A stretch of 59,240 nt of DNA from Octopus sinensis (Eukaryota). Position numbers and translations under genes: made by a program. This document shows, piece after piece, positions 12,637 through 27,067 of the stretch. The stretch covers positions 1 through 59,240 of the forward strand of contig NW_021832547.1 in NCBI RefSeq assembly GCF_006345805.1, written 5' to 3'. The notes below the pieces were generated by a model. It had not been told where the DNA came from, made no database searches, and was given only the letters and a program-made list of their open reading frames with translations. Numbering within the stretch: the first letter of the stretch is position 1; each line of letters begins with the position of its first letter.

Positions 12637-15423
12637 CGAGGTAGTCAGAGTAAGTGACAGAATAATTAAGATTAGATTAGTGCTCCACCATAGTTTAGCA
12701 ACTATTATATCGGCCTATGCCCCTCAGCCAGGGCTACCTGATGGACAGAAAGACTGTTTCTATGACACCCTACTGCAGACCACATCATTGACGAACGACA
12801 GGGACCTTCTCTTTGTGGCTGGTGACTTCAATGGGCATGTTGGACGACGTGCTGGGGGCTTCCATGGCGTGCATGGAGGCTACGGTTATGGTTCCCGCAA
12901 CGAGGAGGGAACCAGGCTGCTGGAGTTCTGCGATGCGAATAGTCTTATGATTTGCAACACTAACTTCAGGAAACTGACAAGCCACCTGGTCACCTACCGA
13001 TCGGGCCGGCATACTAGCCAAATCGACTACATCCTTGCCAGAAAAAGGGAAAGATGGCTGCTTATAAATGCCAAAACCTTCCCAGGTGAAGAATGCACCC
13101 CACAACATAGACTGGTAGTTAGTGACTTTAGGATCAGGACTAAGAGGGCGACTAGAAGACGACCAACAGGAGAAGAAGGGTCTGGAAGCTTAAAGACCCT
13201 GCGAATGGACAGAGATTTAGAGATATGTTATTGAAGCTTTAGACGAAATGGAAGGGAGTATAGCTACGCATGGGGTAGAAGACAACTGGACGCTTCTGAG
13301 GGACAACCTGCTGAAAGCCGCTGACCAGATCTGTGGCTGGTGCAAAGTCCCCTAAGACCCAAAATAACGTGGTGGTGGAACAATATTGTTGACAGGGCTA
13401 TTAGACAAAAGAAACAGGCTTGGAAGGCCTGGAAGAACGGTGGTAGCAGGGAAGTGTATCAGTCTGCCAGAAGGGAAGCCAGGAGACAGGTCTATCTAGC
13501 CAGAGGGGAAGCAGAGAAGGAAAAATTTGCCAATGTCCTGCGTCGTGAGGATGAAAGACTTGAGGTATTTCGTGTTGCAAGACAGTGTGTGAGAGAGAAT
13601 CGTGACGTGGTAGGAGAGAAATGTGTTCGCAAGGAGGACGGTTCACTGCACTTAATGAGGTGCAAAGAGAGAGGCTTGGAGACGCCACTATGATAGGTTG
13701 CTGAATGAAGAAAATGAATGGGATAAAGAGAGTCTGCCGAATGTCGACCCAACAGAGGACCAGCAATCCGAGTTAACAGTTCCTTAGTAGATAAGGCAAT
13801 TAGAAGCATGAAAACAGGGAAAGCCCCAGGCCCATCAGGAATTACTGCAGAGATGCTCAAAATATCTGGTGGTGTCGGCTATAGCTTAGTCACCCGTATA
13901 GTTAACCAGGTGATACACGAGGGGGTCATACCCAATGACTGGTGTAGCAGCATAATAGTCAACTGCTACAAAGGTAAAGGCGACGCCCTAGAGACAAATA
14001 ACTACAGGGGCATCAAGCTGCTGGATCAGGTAATGAAGGTTACGGAGAGGGTTGTAGCCCAACTAATTAGAGAGAGAGTTACCTTAGATGATATGCAGTT
14101 TGGGTTCGTGCCAGGGAAAAGTACTACTGATGCTATATTCCTGGTAAGACAGCTGCAGGAGAAATACCTAGCCAAAGATAAGCCCTTGTACCTGGCTTTT
14201 GTTGACTTGGAGAAAGCCTTTGACAGGGTCCCCCGGTCCCTTATCTGGTGGTCAATGAGGAAACTAGGGATAGAAGAATGGTTGGTGAGAGCTGTGCAAG
14301 CCATGTACAGAGACGCTGCTAGTAAGGTGAGGGTTGGCAACGAGTACAGCGAAGAATTCCGGGTAGAGGTTGGGGTCCACCAAGGTTCAGTCCTCAGTCC
14401 CCTCCTATTTATCATAGTCCTCCAGGCAATAACGGAGGAATTCAAGACAGGTTGCCCCTGGGAGCTCCTCTATGCTGATGACCTTGCTCTAATTGCTTAG
14501 TCACTATCAGAACTGGAGGAGAAGTTTCAGGTGTGGAAACAAGGATTAGAATCGAAGGGCCTTAGAATCAACCTAGCCAAAACCAAATCCTAATTAGTAG
14601 GAAGGTAGATCAATCACAAACGCCTTCAGGTAGATGGCCCTGCTCGATCTGTAAAAAAGGTGTAGGTAGAAACTCTATAAGATGCACCAAGTGTAAGCTA
14701 TGGACACATAAGAGGTGCAGCAATGTCAAAGGAAGGCTAACTAGGAAAATAGTTTTTGTCTGTGGCAAATGCTCAGGAGCAATAAACACTGGAAATATGC
14801 AGAGACCAACTTCTGCCACGTTCCAGGGAGACAAACTAGAAGTAGTTGATAGCTTCCGCTACCTAGGAGACCAAGTCAGTAGCGGGGGTGGGTGTGCTGA
14901 AAGTGTAACTGCTAGAGTAAGAATAGCCTGGGCAAAGTTTAGAGAGCTCTTACCCCTGCTGGTGACAAAAGGCCTCTCGCTCAGAGTAAAAGGCAGACTG
15001 TATGATGCATGTGTACGTACAGCCATGCTACATGGTAGTGAAACATGGGCCGTGACTGCTGAGGATATGCGTAAGCTCGCAAGAAATGAAGCCAGTATGC
15101 TCTGATAGATGTGTGATGTCAGTGTTCATAATCGTCAGAGTGTAAGTTCCTTGAGAGAAAAGTTGAACCTAAGAAGCGTCAGTTGTGGCGTGCAAGAGAG
15201 ACGGCTGCGCTGGTATGGTCATGTGACAAGAAAGGCTGAAGATAGTTGTGTGCAAAAGTGCTACACCCTAGCAGTGGAGGGAACCTGTGGAAGAGGTAGA
15301 CCCAGGAAAACCTGGGACGAGGTGGTGAAGCACGACCTTTGAACTTTAGGTCTCACTAAGGAAATGTCTAGAGACCGAGACCTATGGAAGTATGCTGTGC
15401 ATGAGAAGACCCGGCAAGACTAG
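12635..15423 (+). pseudogene. RTE EN-RT ORF with several frameshifts and stops
   Basis: ORF pieces 12680-13234, 13340-13693, 13808-14500, 14797-15105 and 15109-15342. Confidence 0.93.
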
Positions 15424-16910
15424 TCAGGCCATAACCCTGTGGCCCCGACCTGGGACGTAGTCAGTCCTGTGCATACCTTCCTTCTTGTGACACTTATGAA
15501 GACCTGTTGAGGCAAGTGAAAATCAAATCAAATCAAAACAAATCAAAATAGATGAACATCAGTGGAATTGTATTCTTTGTGGTACCAGTGCCGGTGGCAC
15601 ACAAGAAAACCACCCAAACGTGGCCGTAACCAGTACCGCATCGACTGGCCTCCGTGCTGTGGGCACAACAAACACCATCCATCGTGGCCGTTCGCCAGCC
15701 TCATCTGGCACCTGTGCGGTGGCACAAAAGACACCATCCGAAGACCTGGCGACGTAGTCAGTCCACCTGTGCATACCTTCCCTCTTATGACACTTGTGAA
15801 GACCTGTTGAGGCAAGGTGTGACACTTGTGAAGACCTGTTGAGGCAGAGGCAAGTGTGTGACACTTGTGGAGACCTTTTGAGGCAAGTGTGTGACCCTTG
15901 TGAAGACCTGTTGAGGCAAGTGAAAATCAAATCAAACCAAATCAAAATAGATGAATATCAATGGAATTTGTATCTTTGTGGTCCAGTACGGTGGCACACA
16001 AGAAAACCATCCGAACGTGGCCGTAGCTGGTACGGCATCGACTGGCCTCCGTGCTGTGGGCACAACAAACACCATCTGATCGTGGCCGTTCGCCAGCCTC
16101 ACCTGGCACCTGTGTCGGTGGCACATAAAAACACCATCCAAAGACCCGGCGACGTAGTCAGTCCACCTGTGCATACCTTCCCTCTTATGACACTTGTGAA
16201 GACCTGTTGAGGCAGATGCAAGTGTGTGACACTTTGTGAAGACCTGTTGAGGCAGAGGCAAGTGTGTGACAGTTGTGGAGACCTGTTGAGGCAAGTGTGT
16301 GACACGCGTGACACTTGTGAAGACCTGTTGAGGCAAGTGAAAATCAAACCAAATCAAAATAGATGAACATCAATGGAATTTGTATCTTTGTGGTTCCAGT
16401 ACCGGTGGCACACAAGAAAACCATCCGATCGTGGCCGTTCGCCAGCCACATCTGGCACCTGTGTCGGTGGCACATAAAGACACCATCCGAAGACCCGGTG
16501 ACGTAGACAGTCCACCTGTGCATACCTTCCTTCTTGTGACACTTGTGAAGACCTGTTGAGGCAAGTGAAAATCAAATCAAATCAAATCAAAACAATCAAA
16601 ATAGATGAACATAAATGGAATTTGTATCTTTGTGGTACCAGTGCCGGTGGCAAACAAGAAAATCATCCGAACGTGGCCGTAGCCAGTACCGCATAGACTG
16701 GCCTCCGTGCTTTGGGGACGTAACAAACACCATCCGATCGTGGCCGTCCGCCAGCCTCATCTGGCACCTGTGTCGGTGGCACATAAAAACACCATCCGAG
16801 CGTGGCCGTCTGCCAGCCTCGTCTGGCACCTGTGTCGGTGGCACATAAAAACACCATCCGAGCGTGGCCGTTCGCCAGCCTCGTCTGGCACCTGTGTCGG
16901 TGGCACATAA
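15424..16910 (+). repeat. Nested minisatellites in the RTE-1 3' UTR (about 250-400 bp units, with about 30-bp and 62-bp subrepeats)
   Basis: Recurrent AGTGAAAATCAAA, GACACTTGTGAAGACCTGTTGAGGCAAG and GGCACATAAAAACACCATCCGAGCGTGGCCG. Confidence 0.92.
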
Positions 16911-17084
16911 AATCACCCACTACACTCTCGGAGTGGTTGGCGTTAGGAAGGGCATCCAGCTGTAGAAACACTGCCAGATCTGACTGGCCTGGTGCAGCCT
17001 TCGGGCTCCCCAGACCCCAGTTGAACCGTCCAACCCATGCTAGCATGGAAAACGGACGCTAAATGATGATGATGATGATGATGA

Positions 17085-18111
<1,027 letters not shown>

Positions 18112-18139
18112 ATGATTGATTGATTGATTGATTGATTCC

Positions 18140-21100
18140 AGTTTCAGCTCATGAGCTGTGGCCATGCTGAGGCACCGCCATTTGGTGTTGCTACTTGGTT
18201 TCACTTCATGGAGGCTTCTAGCAACTGCTATTTGGTGCATGAGAGAGTTCGATGCAGCTGCCCTCATCTGCCCCTCCTGCCGTGAAGTTGGTTCATCTGG
18301 GACATCTGACAGGAAGAGATCCAGCTCCATTTTAAAGACATCTGTATCCACCCCATGCAGGTCTCTCAGGTTCATCGGGAGGATATTGAAGAGCTGTGGG
18401 CCTCGGAAGCCCAGGCTATCACAGAATCTTGTCCTACATCTTGATGGCAAGTTTGGAGTCCTAGGCACCACGCAGTGGCGCCCAGTTCTGGCGTTTGCGT
18501 AACTCTCGATGCCAAAGTTCAGGACACTTCCCTCCAGGATCTTCCAGATGTATATTATGGCATATCTTTCCCGCCTACGCTCCAGGGAATATAATTTTAA
18601 TCTCTTGAGTCTTTCCCAGTAGCTTCCATTCTGCATAGAGGCTATCTTCTTCGTGTAGCTTCGTTGGATCGCCTCAAGTTCTGTGATCAACTTGACACTG
18701 GATGGTGACCATAGCTGAGAGCAATAGTCAAAGTGACTTAGGACAAGTGTCTACCAGAGGACCATCATGGTTTCTTGTTCTCTTGTTCTAAAGGTTCTAA
18801 GAATCCATCCAGCCAGGCATCTGCATTTCACTGTCAGTTTAGCAACATGTACATGAAAGGTCGCGTCATCACTCATGTGAATACCCAGGTCACGCACTGA
18901 TTGTGCCTCTGGGATTGCAATCCCTCCGGGTCCAGTGTATTCCTTGGGTATTGCATTCAGTTTTGCATGCTGATAGTATAAAGCTTGAAACTTTTCAGCA
19001 TTGAACTGCATGCTATTCTTTTCAGCCCACTGGTAAATTTCGTCCAGCTCATATTGCAGGTGCCTAGTGTCTTCAGGGTTCTGTATTGCCTGTGAAACTT
19101 TTGTATCATCTGCATAACTTGTGATTGTGGCTCTCCGCGTGGCTGAGGGCATGTCTGAGAGGGCCATTATGAACAGTAGTGGTCCCAAAACAGTGCCCTG
19201 TGGAACACCGCTCACTATTTGCGTGCTAATGGAAGTGGCCCCATTGGCTACTACCACCTGACTTCTATTCTTCAGAAAGTCGTGAAGCCATTCTCCTAGT
19301 TTTCCAACTATGCCAAGATCACGCAGTTTGTGACATATCATTCCATGATCGACTTTATCGAAGGCCTTTGCGAAGTCGAGATATATGACTTCCACATTTG
19401 AGTGGTTGAGCAGTTGTTTCAGCACCCAGTCATAGTGCTGCAGGAGCTGAGTTAAGCAGCTTCTTCCTGGTCGGAAACCATGTTGGGGTCAGGCAGCAAG
19501 TCATTTTCTTCAAGGAAGGTGATTAGTTTCCTTCTGACTATTCGTTCCATGACCTTGCTGATGTGTGAGGTCAGAGAGATAGGTCTGTAGTTCTTGGCCT
19601 CCGCTCTGCTACCTCCTTTATGAATAGGGCATATTTACCTTCCTTCAGTTTTCTTGGAAGTTTGCCAGCTGCAAGGAAGCTCTGAAAGAGGAACTGCAGT
19701 GGTCTTGCTAAGACTCTCTTACATACTTTTAGGAGGATTGCCGGGAATCCATCGGGGCCAATAGCTGAGTCTATTTTCATTTCATCTATAGCCTTTATTA
19801 CATCATCTTCCTTTATATCGATGTAATTAACGTCGCCGCCTCTGATTCTATATCTGCAGTGGTAAAAAAGTCAGTTGGATTGCTGATTTGGAAATGCCCA
19901 AGGGGTGGAGTGAAAACACTCTTGAATTGTTCATTCAGTATTTCACTTACCCTCATTGGTTTTCCTGTGAGTGTGCCATCCTTTTCAAGGAGTGGCCCTA
20001 TCCTACAGTGCACCGTATCTGTTTCTTTGGCATACCTGTAGAAAGCTCTGGGGTTAGTTTTTATGTTGTCTATAGCCCAGGCTTCTTTGTCTGCTCTTTC
20101 CTTCTCATGGGAGAGTTGCAGACAATTTTCAATTTCCAACAGTTTTATTTTCAGGCGGGACTTTTCACTGCTTTCAATTTGTTTGTTTAGGCGATTTGAG
20201 ATTTTTGTGCGCCGTCTCATTAAAATTTTTCTCTCTCTGGGGATTTTGTTTTGTTCTTGTGTACAGTGGCCTTTCTCTCTGGGACACATTTGTAGCATAT
20301 GGCTTGCATTACAGACATGAATTGTTGAAGTATCATGTCGATGTCCGGCGAGGAGAGACATTCAGGCCAGTTTTGTTTGAGGATCTCTTTCTCAATTTGT
20401 TTCCAGTTTGCCTTATTGAAGTTCAAGCTGGAAAGACTCTGGGGGTTTCTTGTAGTCTGCATGTCCGTGCTCTCTTTTGGCCCGTACATGGTCAGCTCTA
20501 CCATGTTGTGATCCGAGAGTAGTGTCAGTGTCACTTTCACATTATGGATGAGATCCATATTATTTGTGAAGCAGAGATCCAGTGTGTTACCCGCTCTGGT
20601 TGGTTGGAGTATTACTTGCTCCATGTACAGGGTGTTGGTGAGGTTCAGGAGGGACCTCGCCTGTCCTCGTTCACATCTTGTCATTCCTGGGAGAGAAAGG
20701 CCCTCGGGCCATCTGACATTCGGTAGATTGAAGTCTCCCATGAGAAGTACACTTATGTGTTGTTCTAATGTGGTTAGAACTTCTTCTATTTTTAAAAGGC
20801 AGTCCTCAAACTTGCCCATATGACTTGGGGCATCTGGAGGGCGATATGTAGCACACACAACTACATCAAGTTGCCTTATGTGTACAATTAGTGTGTCACA
20901 CACCGAGTTTGAGTATGACAAAAGGACCTGGGGTGTGAGGTCCCCACGGATGTACATAGCAACTCCTCCATGACTTCTTTCTTTCCTGTCGGTCCGTAGT
21001 ACAACATACTGTGGTATGTGTAATTCGCATCTGCTATGTCCGGTTTCAGATGCGTTTCTGTGAGTGCTATGCATAAGGCTTGATTGCATGCGACAAAGTC

Positions 21101-21160
21101 TCTCAGGAACGGGACTTTTGTCCTGTTACTGTGTGTTAGTAGTCCTCTGATGTTTAGTAG
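18140..21160 (-). pseudogene. CR1-like ORF2 (APE endonuclease plus RT), frameshifted
   Basis: ORF-track pieces 20888-21310, 20220-21089, 19813-20361, 19571-19780, 18751-19425 and 18028-18690. Confidence 0.9.
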
Positions 21161-21816
21161 GAGCATCGAGGTGAGGTGTATGCTGTTGCCGGTGGTGTCC
21201 ACCCTGGGTCCATCTGCTGTGGCGGTCTTGTGAACCGTGGGCAGTTCCATCTGCGAGCCTGAGCCTGATGGAGCCAGGTTAGCTGCTGTACAATCTTTTG
21301 TGCCATGCACAAAAAAGATTCCTGCTCAGCAGCTGCCCTTTCAACAACACGTTGGTGGTTTGTGGTACGCACCACATCTGCGTACCTCCGTTTTGGGGCC
21401 GGTGATGCGTGGTCCATCCCATTTCCTTTCGGTGGTTGGTTTCTGTGGCAGGGTCCCGGATGTGCAAAGCGGCAGCCTGCACCTTCCTCTCCATGCCGGC
21501 AGGCACCCCTCAGGTAGAACCTACATACCCGTGTGCGCTGCTTGTTTCCATCCTTTTTGGCATATGGACAGTTGGGTTTGCCTCTATCCCTGGCTGCCTT
21601 GCCCCTTGGCTTTGTCTGAGTTTTAGCTTCAGTTTTTCCTCTTTTTTTGGCCTCTTCATCTCCATGTCCATGGCTTTTGGTGCCGGTAGGAGCATCCGTA
21701 CCTGGGTTCACCTCCCGGGCAGGCCTCTCGCTGGAGTTTTCTTCCTGGGCGTCCACCAGGTGGGGGTGACCCTCCTCATCTGCGCCCGCGTCTCCATCCT
21801 TGCCATCTTTACTTTG
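21154..21816 (-). pseudogene. CR1-like ORF1 fragment with a CCCH zinc finger
   Basis: [23 protein letters not shown], followed by [11 protein letters not shown]. Open up to the (TA)n boundary, so probably 5'-truncated. Confidence 0.75.
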
Positions 21817-21837
21817 TATATATATATATACATATAC

Positions 21838-21888
<51 letters not shown>

Positions 21889-21922
21889 CATATATATACA
21901 TATATATATATATATACATATA

Positions 21923-21994
<72 letters not shown>

Positions 21995-22085
21995 GGGTAT
22001 ATATACATATATATATATATATTATATATATATATGTATATGGGTATATATACACATATATATATATATTATATATGTATATGGG

Positions 22086-22116
<31 letters not shown>

Positions 22117-22161
22117 GTGTATGGGTATATATACATATATATATATATATATGTATATGGG

Positions 22162-22212
<51 letters not shown>

Positions 22213-22250
22213 GGGTATATATACATATAATTATATATATATATATATAT
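21817..22250. repeat. (TA)n tract with GTATATGGGTATATATAC motifs in its right half
   Basis: Motif copies from 21987 to about 22226. Confidence 0.97.
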
Positions 22251-23083
22251 CATCATCATCATCATCGTCGTTTAACGTCCGTTCTCATGCTAGCATGGGT
22301 TGGACGGTTCGACCGGGGTTCTGGGAAGCCAGAAGGCTGCACCAGGCTCCAGTCCAATTTGGCAATGTTTCTACAGCTGGATGCCCTTCCTAACGCCAAC
22401 CACTCCGTGAGTGTAGTGGGTGTTTTACGTGCCACCTGCACAGGTGCCAGGCGGGGCTGGCAACGGCCACGGTCAGATTGGTGTATTTTATGTGCCACCG
22501 GCACGGAAGCCAGACGGGCGGTGCTGGCATCGGCCACGAGTTGGATAGTGCTTTTTACGTACCAGTGGCTTTTACGTACACCAGACCAGGGATCCTGGCT
22601 GGTTCAATTCGATTTCGATTTCGCTTGCCCCAACATGTCTTCACAAGCAAAGGGGGTTGGCAAGGGTGCCTGTGGTACGGTCGCATTGGAGTATTTTACG
22701 TGCCACGGCCACGAGTCGGATAGTGCTTTTTACGTACCACCAGACCAGGGATCCTGGCTGGTTCAATTCGATTTCGATTTCGCTTGCCCCAACATGTCTT
22801 CACAAGCAAAGGAGGTTGGCATGGGTGCCTGTCGTACGGTCGCATTGGAGTATTTTACGTGCCACGGCCATGAGTCGGATAGTGCTTTTTACGTACCACC
22901 AGGCCAGGGATCCTGGCTGGTTCAATTCGGTTTCGATTTCGATTTCGCTTGCCCCAACATGTCTTCGCAAGCATGGGGGGTTGGCATGGGTGTCTGTCGT
23001 CGGATGAGGTTCTATATCGACTTCGCTTGCCTCAGCCGGTCTTTGTGTCCAAGGGAGGGAAGGCATTCATAAGTGGGCTGGGC

Positions 23084-26000
23084 TCACTTGTCCTGCCTAG
23101 TCTTCTCACGTACAGAATATTTCCAAAGGTCTCGGTCTCTGGTCATTTCCTCAGTGAGGCCTAAAGTTCGAAGGTCGTGCTTCACCACCTCGTCCCAGGT
23201 TTTCCTGGGTCTACCTCTCCCACGGGTTCCCTCAACTGCTAGGGATTGGCACTTTCGCACACACCTATCTTCATCCATTCTCGCCACATGACCATACCAG
23301 CGCAATCGTCTCTCTTGCACACCACAACTGATGCTTCTTAGGTACAACATTTCTCTCAAGGTGCTAACGCTCTGGCGAGTATGTACACTGACATTACACA
23401 TCCATCGGAGCATACTGGCTTCATTCCTCACGAGCTTACGCATGTCCTCAGCAGTCACGCCCATGTTTCGCTGCCATGTAGCATGGCTGTTCGTACACAC
23501 GCATCATACAGTCTGCCTTTTACTCTGAGCGAGAGGCCTTTAGTCACCAGCAGAGGTAAGAGCTCCCTAAACTTTGCCCAGGCTATTCTTATTCTAGCAG
23601 TTACACTTTCAGCACACCCACCCCCACTACTGACTTGGTCACCTAGATAACGGAAGCTATCAACTACTTCTAGTTTTTCCCCCTGGGAAGTGACGGAAGT
23701 TGTTTTCTGCAGATTTCCGGAGGTTAATGCTCCCGAGCATCTGCCACATACAAAAACTATCTTCCCAGTTAGCCTACCTTTGACATTGCTGCACCTCTTA
23801 TGTGTCCATAGCTTACACTGGGTACATCTTATAGAGTTTCTACCTACACCTTTTCTACAGATCGAGCAGGGCCATCTTCCTGAAGATATTTGTGGATTGT
23901 CTACCTTTCTACTTATTAGTACTTTGGTTTTAGCTAGGTTGACTCTAAGGCCCCTTGATTTTAAACCCTCCTTCCACACCTGGAACTTCTCCTCCAGTTC
24001 TGATAGTGACTCAGCAATAAGAGCAAGGTCGTCAGCGTAGAGGAGCTCCCAGGGACAGCCTGTCTTGAATTCCTCCGTAATTGCCTGGAGTACTATGATA
24101 AATAGGAGGGGGCTGAGTACTGAACCCTGGTGGACCCCAACCTCTACTTTGAATTCTTCTGTGTACATGTTGCCAACCCTAACCTTACTTACGGCATCTC
24201 TGTACATGGCTTGCACAGTCCTCACCAGCCATTCATCTATCCCTAGTTTCCTCATTGACCACCAGATAAGGGATCGGGGGACCCTATCAAAAGCTTTCTC
24301 CATGTCAACGAAAGCCAGGTACAGGGCTTTCTTTGGCTAGGTATTTCTCCTGCAGCTGCCTTACCAGGAATATAGCATCAGTGGTGCTCTTCCCTGGCAC
24401 GAACCCAAACTGCATCTCATCTAAACTAACTCTCTCTCTAATTAGTTGGGCTATGACCCTCTCCGTAACCTTCATTACTTGATCCAACAGCTTGATACCT
24501 CTGTAATTATTTGTATCTAGGGCATCACCTTTACCTTTGTAGCAGTTGACTAGTATGCTGCTGCACCAGTCATTGGGTATGACTCCTTCGTGTATCACCT
24601 GGTTAACTATACGGGTGACTAGGTTATAGCCGACACTGCCAGATATTTTGAGCATCTCTGCAGTAATTCCTGATGGGCCTGGGGCTTTCCCTGTCTTCAT
24701 GCTTCTAATTGCCTTAGCTACCACGGAACTATCAACTCGGATAGCTGGTCCCTCTGTAGGGTCAACATGCGGCAGACTCTCTTATCCCATTCATTTTCCT
24801 CATTCAGTAACCTTTCATAGTGGCGTCTCCAAGCTTCTCTCTTTGCATCCTCATTTAGCGCAAGTGAACCATCCTCCATGCGAACACATTTCTCTCCTAC
24901 CACATCACGATTCTCTCTCACACACTGTCTTGCAACACGAAATACCTCAAGTCTTCATCCTCACGGCGCAGGACATTGGCAAATTTTCTCTTATCTGCTT
25001 CCCCTCTGGCTAGATAGACCTGTCTCCTAGCTTCCCTTCTGGCAGTCTGATACCCTTCCCTGCTACCACCGTTCTTCCAGGCCTTCCAAGCCTGTTTCTT
25101 TTGTCTAATAGCCCTGTCAACAATATTGTTCCACCACCACGTTATTTTGGGTCTTAAGGGGACTTTGCACCAGCCACAGATCTGGTCAGCGGCTTTCAGC
25201 AGGTTGTCCCTCAGAAACGTCCAGTTGTCTTCTACCCCATGTGTAGCTATACCCCCCTCTATTTCGTCAAAGGCTTCAAGTAACATGTCTCTAAATCTCT
25301 GTCCATTCGCAGGGTCTTTAAGCTTCCAGACCCTTCTTCTCCATGTTGGTCGTCTTCTAGTCGCCCTCTTAGTCCTGATCCTAAAGTCACTAACTACCAG
25401 TCTATGTTGTGGGGTGCATTCTTCGCCTGGGAAGGTTTGGCATTTTTAAGCAGCCATCTTCCCTTTTTCTGGCAAGGATGTAGTCGATTTGGCTAGTATG
25501 CCGGCCCGATCGGTAGGTGACCAGGTGGCTTGTTGGTTTCCTGAAGTTAGTGTTGCAGACCATAAGGCTATTCGCATCGCAGAACTCCAGCAGCCTGGTT
25601 CCCTCCTCGTTGCGGGAACCATAACCGTAGCCTCCATGTACGCCATGGAAGCCCCCAGCATGTCGTCCAACATGCCCATTGAAATCACCAGCCACAAAGA
25701 GAAGGTCCCTGTCGTTCGTCGTTGAGGTGGTCTGCAGTAGGGTGTCATAGAAACTGTCTTTCTGTCCATCGGGTAGCCCTGGCTGAGGGGCATAGGCCGA
25801 TATAATGGTTGCTAATCTATTATGAAGCACTATTCTAATCTTAAGTATTCTGTCACTTACTCTGATTACCTCAATTACTCTATCTATCCATTTCTCAGCG
25901 ATAAGTATACCCACGCCACCAACCCCGTCAGTGTTCCCTGCCCAGAAAATCTTGTACCTGTGTTCCTTGCCTGTGAGGACCCTAGCAGATCCTCCTCTCC

Positions 26001-26199
26001 ACCTTATTTCTTGCATACAACATACATCAACACGTCTCCGTTCAAGCATCTCGACTATCTCGCCAGACCTACCTTTCAATGTGCCAACGTTGAGGGTGCC
26101 TACCCTGAGGGTGCGGGAGGTGTGGGCCTCTGAGACCCTGGGATGAGGGGCCGCAGTGTTCTGTACCTGAAAAGAAAGCTTGCATTTGCCAGATATCAT
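23084..26199 (-). pseudogene. RTE EN-RT-PHD ORF broken by several frameshifts
   Basis: ORF pieces 25402-26199, 24918-25286, 24718-24921, 24305-24724, 23455-24303 and 23084-23500. Confidence 0.92.
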
Positions 26200-26287
26200 A
26201 CTGAGACTCTAGACTACAACCTGCATAAATTTCAAAGTTTTTGCGCTATATGATCACAATAAACCCTACATAGGGGTGCGGGGGGGG

Positions 26288-26445
26288 GGTCAAGAAAGAT
26301 AGAAAACAGAAACTTCCGGTTCTGGTGGACGGGTGGGAGGGGGGGTCAAGAAAGATAGAAAACAGAAACTTCCGGATCTGGTGGATGGGTGGGTCAAGAA
26401 AGATAGAAAACAGAAACTTCCGGTTCTGCTAGATGGGTGGGAGGG
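26288..26445 (-). promoter_or_regulatory. Three 48-56 bp repeats, each with an ETS-type CCGGAAGT motif, upstream of the RTE-2 ORF
   Basis: ACTTCCGG at 26312, 26368 and 26416. A regulatory role is inferred. Confidence 0.45.
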
Positions 26446-26462
26446 CGGGCGGGGTCACCTCC

Positions 26463-26814
26463 AAGGAACAACAGGCTTTAAGTTAATACGTAGGGAATTT
26501 TCTGCGACAGAAATTACTGAACATCTAGGAACTTCGGGGTTCGATTAAAACATAATATAAATAGGAGAGAGAGAGAGAATATTGTAGTGAATTCTGGGGA
26601 TGGAATAACAACGGGATGACACTGAAATTAAAGGAGGAATTTAAAATGCATGACAGACAGGAAGCCATGCATACAAGATGGCGAAACAAATAATAGAGAA
26701 ACGGGATTTAGGGTTACGAATCAACGCTTAAAAAATGAATATGAATGACAGGTTGTAAGTTAAATTCGCTTAGCTGGTCATTTTTCGAGTCAGTGTTTTG
26801 TCAGCAAGATGTAT
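26463..26814. repeat. 352-bp direct repeat, copy 1 (copy 2 at 33222-33573)
   Basis: Only about 3 substitutions seen; contains the YY1-type CAAGATGGCG at 26674-26683. Confidence 0.95.
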
Positions 26815-27067
26815 TATCGAGAAAAGGGACGAGATAAATCGAACACTGCTTTATGAAGAGTTAGGGATTGGGGGGGGGGATATCAGGTGGAAGCATGAGG
26901 AAAGAGAGAGGGGGGAAGGGAGAGAGAGAGAGCTAAGGGACAACAGGTTTAATTCGTAAGGAATTTTCTGCAACAGAAATTACTGAACATCTAGAAGCTT
27001 CGGGGGTTCGAGAAGAATGTAATATAAATAAGAGAGAGAGAAAATATTTCGTAGGGGATTTAGGGTA

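Larger units (their letters stand above)
18112..21816 (-). mobile_element. CR1/L2-like LINE copy 1 with (AATC)n tail
   Basis: ORF1 remnant with a CCCH finger, APE (LLNIRG, TETHL, GDFNLP, SDH), RT (YLDFAKAFDKV, PQGTVLGP, YADD) and C-terminal YSLERRRERY. Tail at 18112-18136. Confidence 0.93.
22249..26460 (-). mobile_element. RTE-clade LINE copy 2, near full length
   Basis: (TGA)n tail at about 22250, repeat-rich 3' UTR, and ORF from the ATG at 26199 (LNVGTLKGRSGE) through YADD to REKTRQDK* at 23084. Confidence 0.95.

Noticed and set aside
15424-16910. CRISPR-like look of short repeats in RTE 3' UTRs and of the motif-plus-spacer microsatellite
   Set aside because: The spacers are themselves repeated or are plain TA, there are no cas genes, and the context is eukaryotic retroelement sequence.
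21987-23072. 361-aa ORF with repeated [13 protein letters not shown]
   Set aside because: Antisense read-through of microsatellite and RTE-2 3' UTR repeats.
26200-26290. HDV-like ribozyme at RTE 5' ends (known for some RTEs)
   Set aside because: I could not assemble the nested double pseudoknot by eye here or upstream of RTE-4; a descriptor search is needed.
27055-27067. TTAGGG next to the gypsy insertion site and in each 163-bp unit
   Set aside because: A single hexamer per unit is expected by chance; there is no telomeric array.
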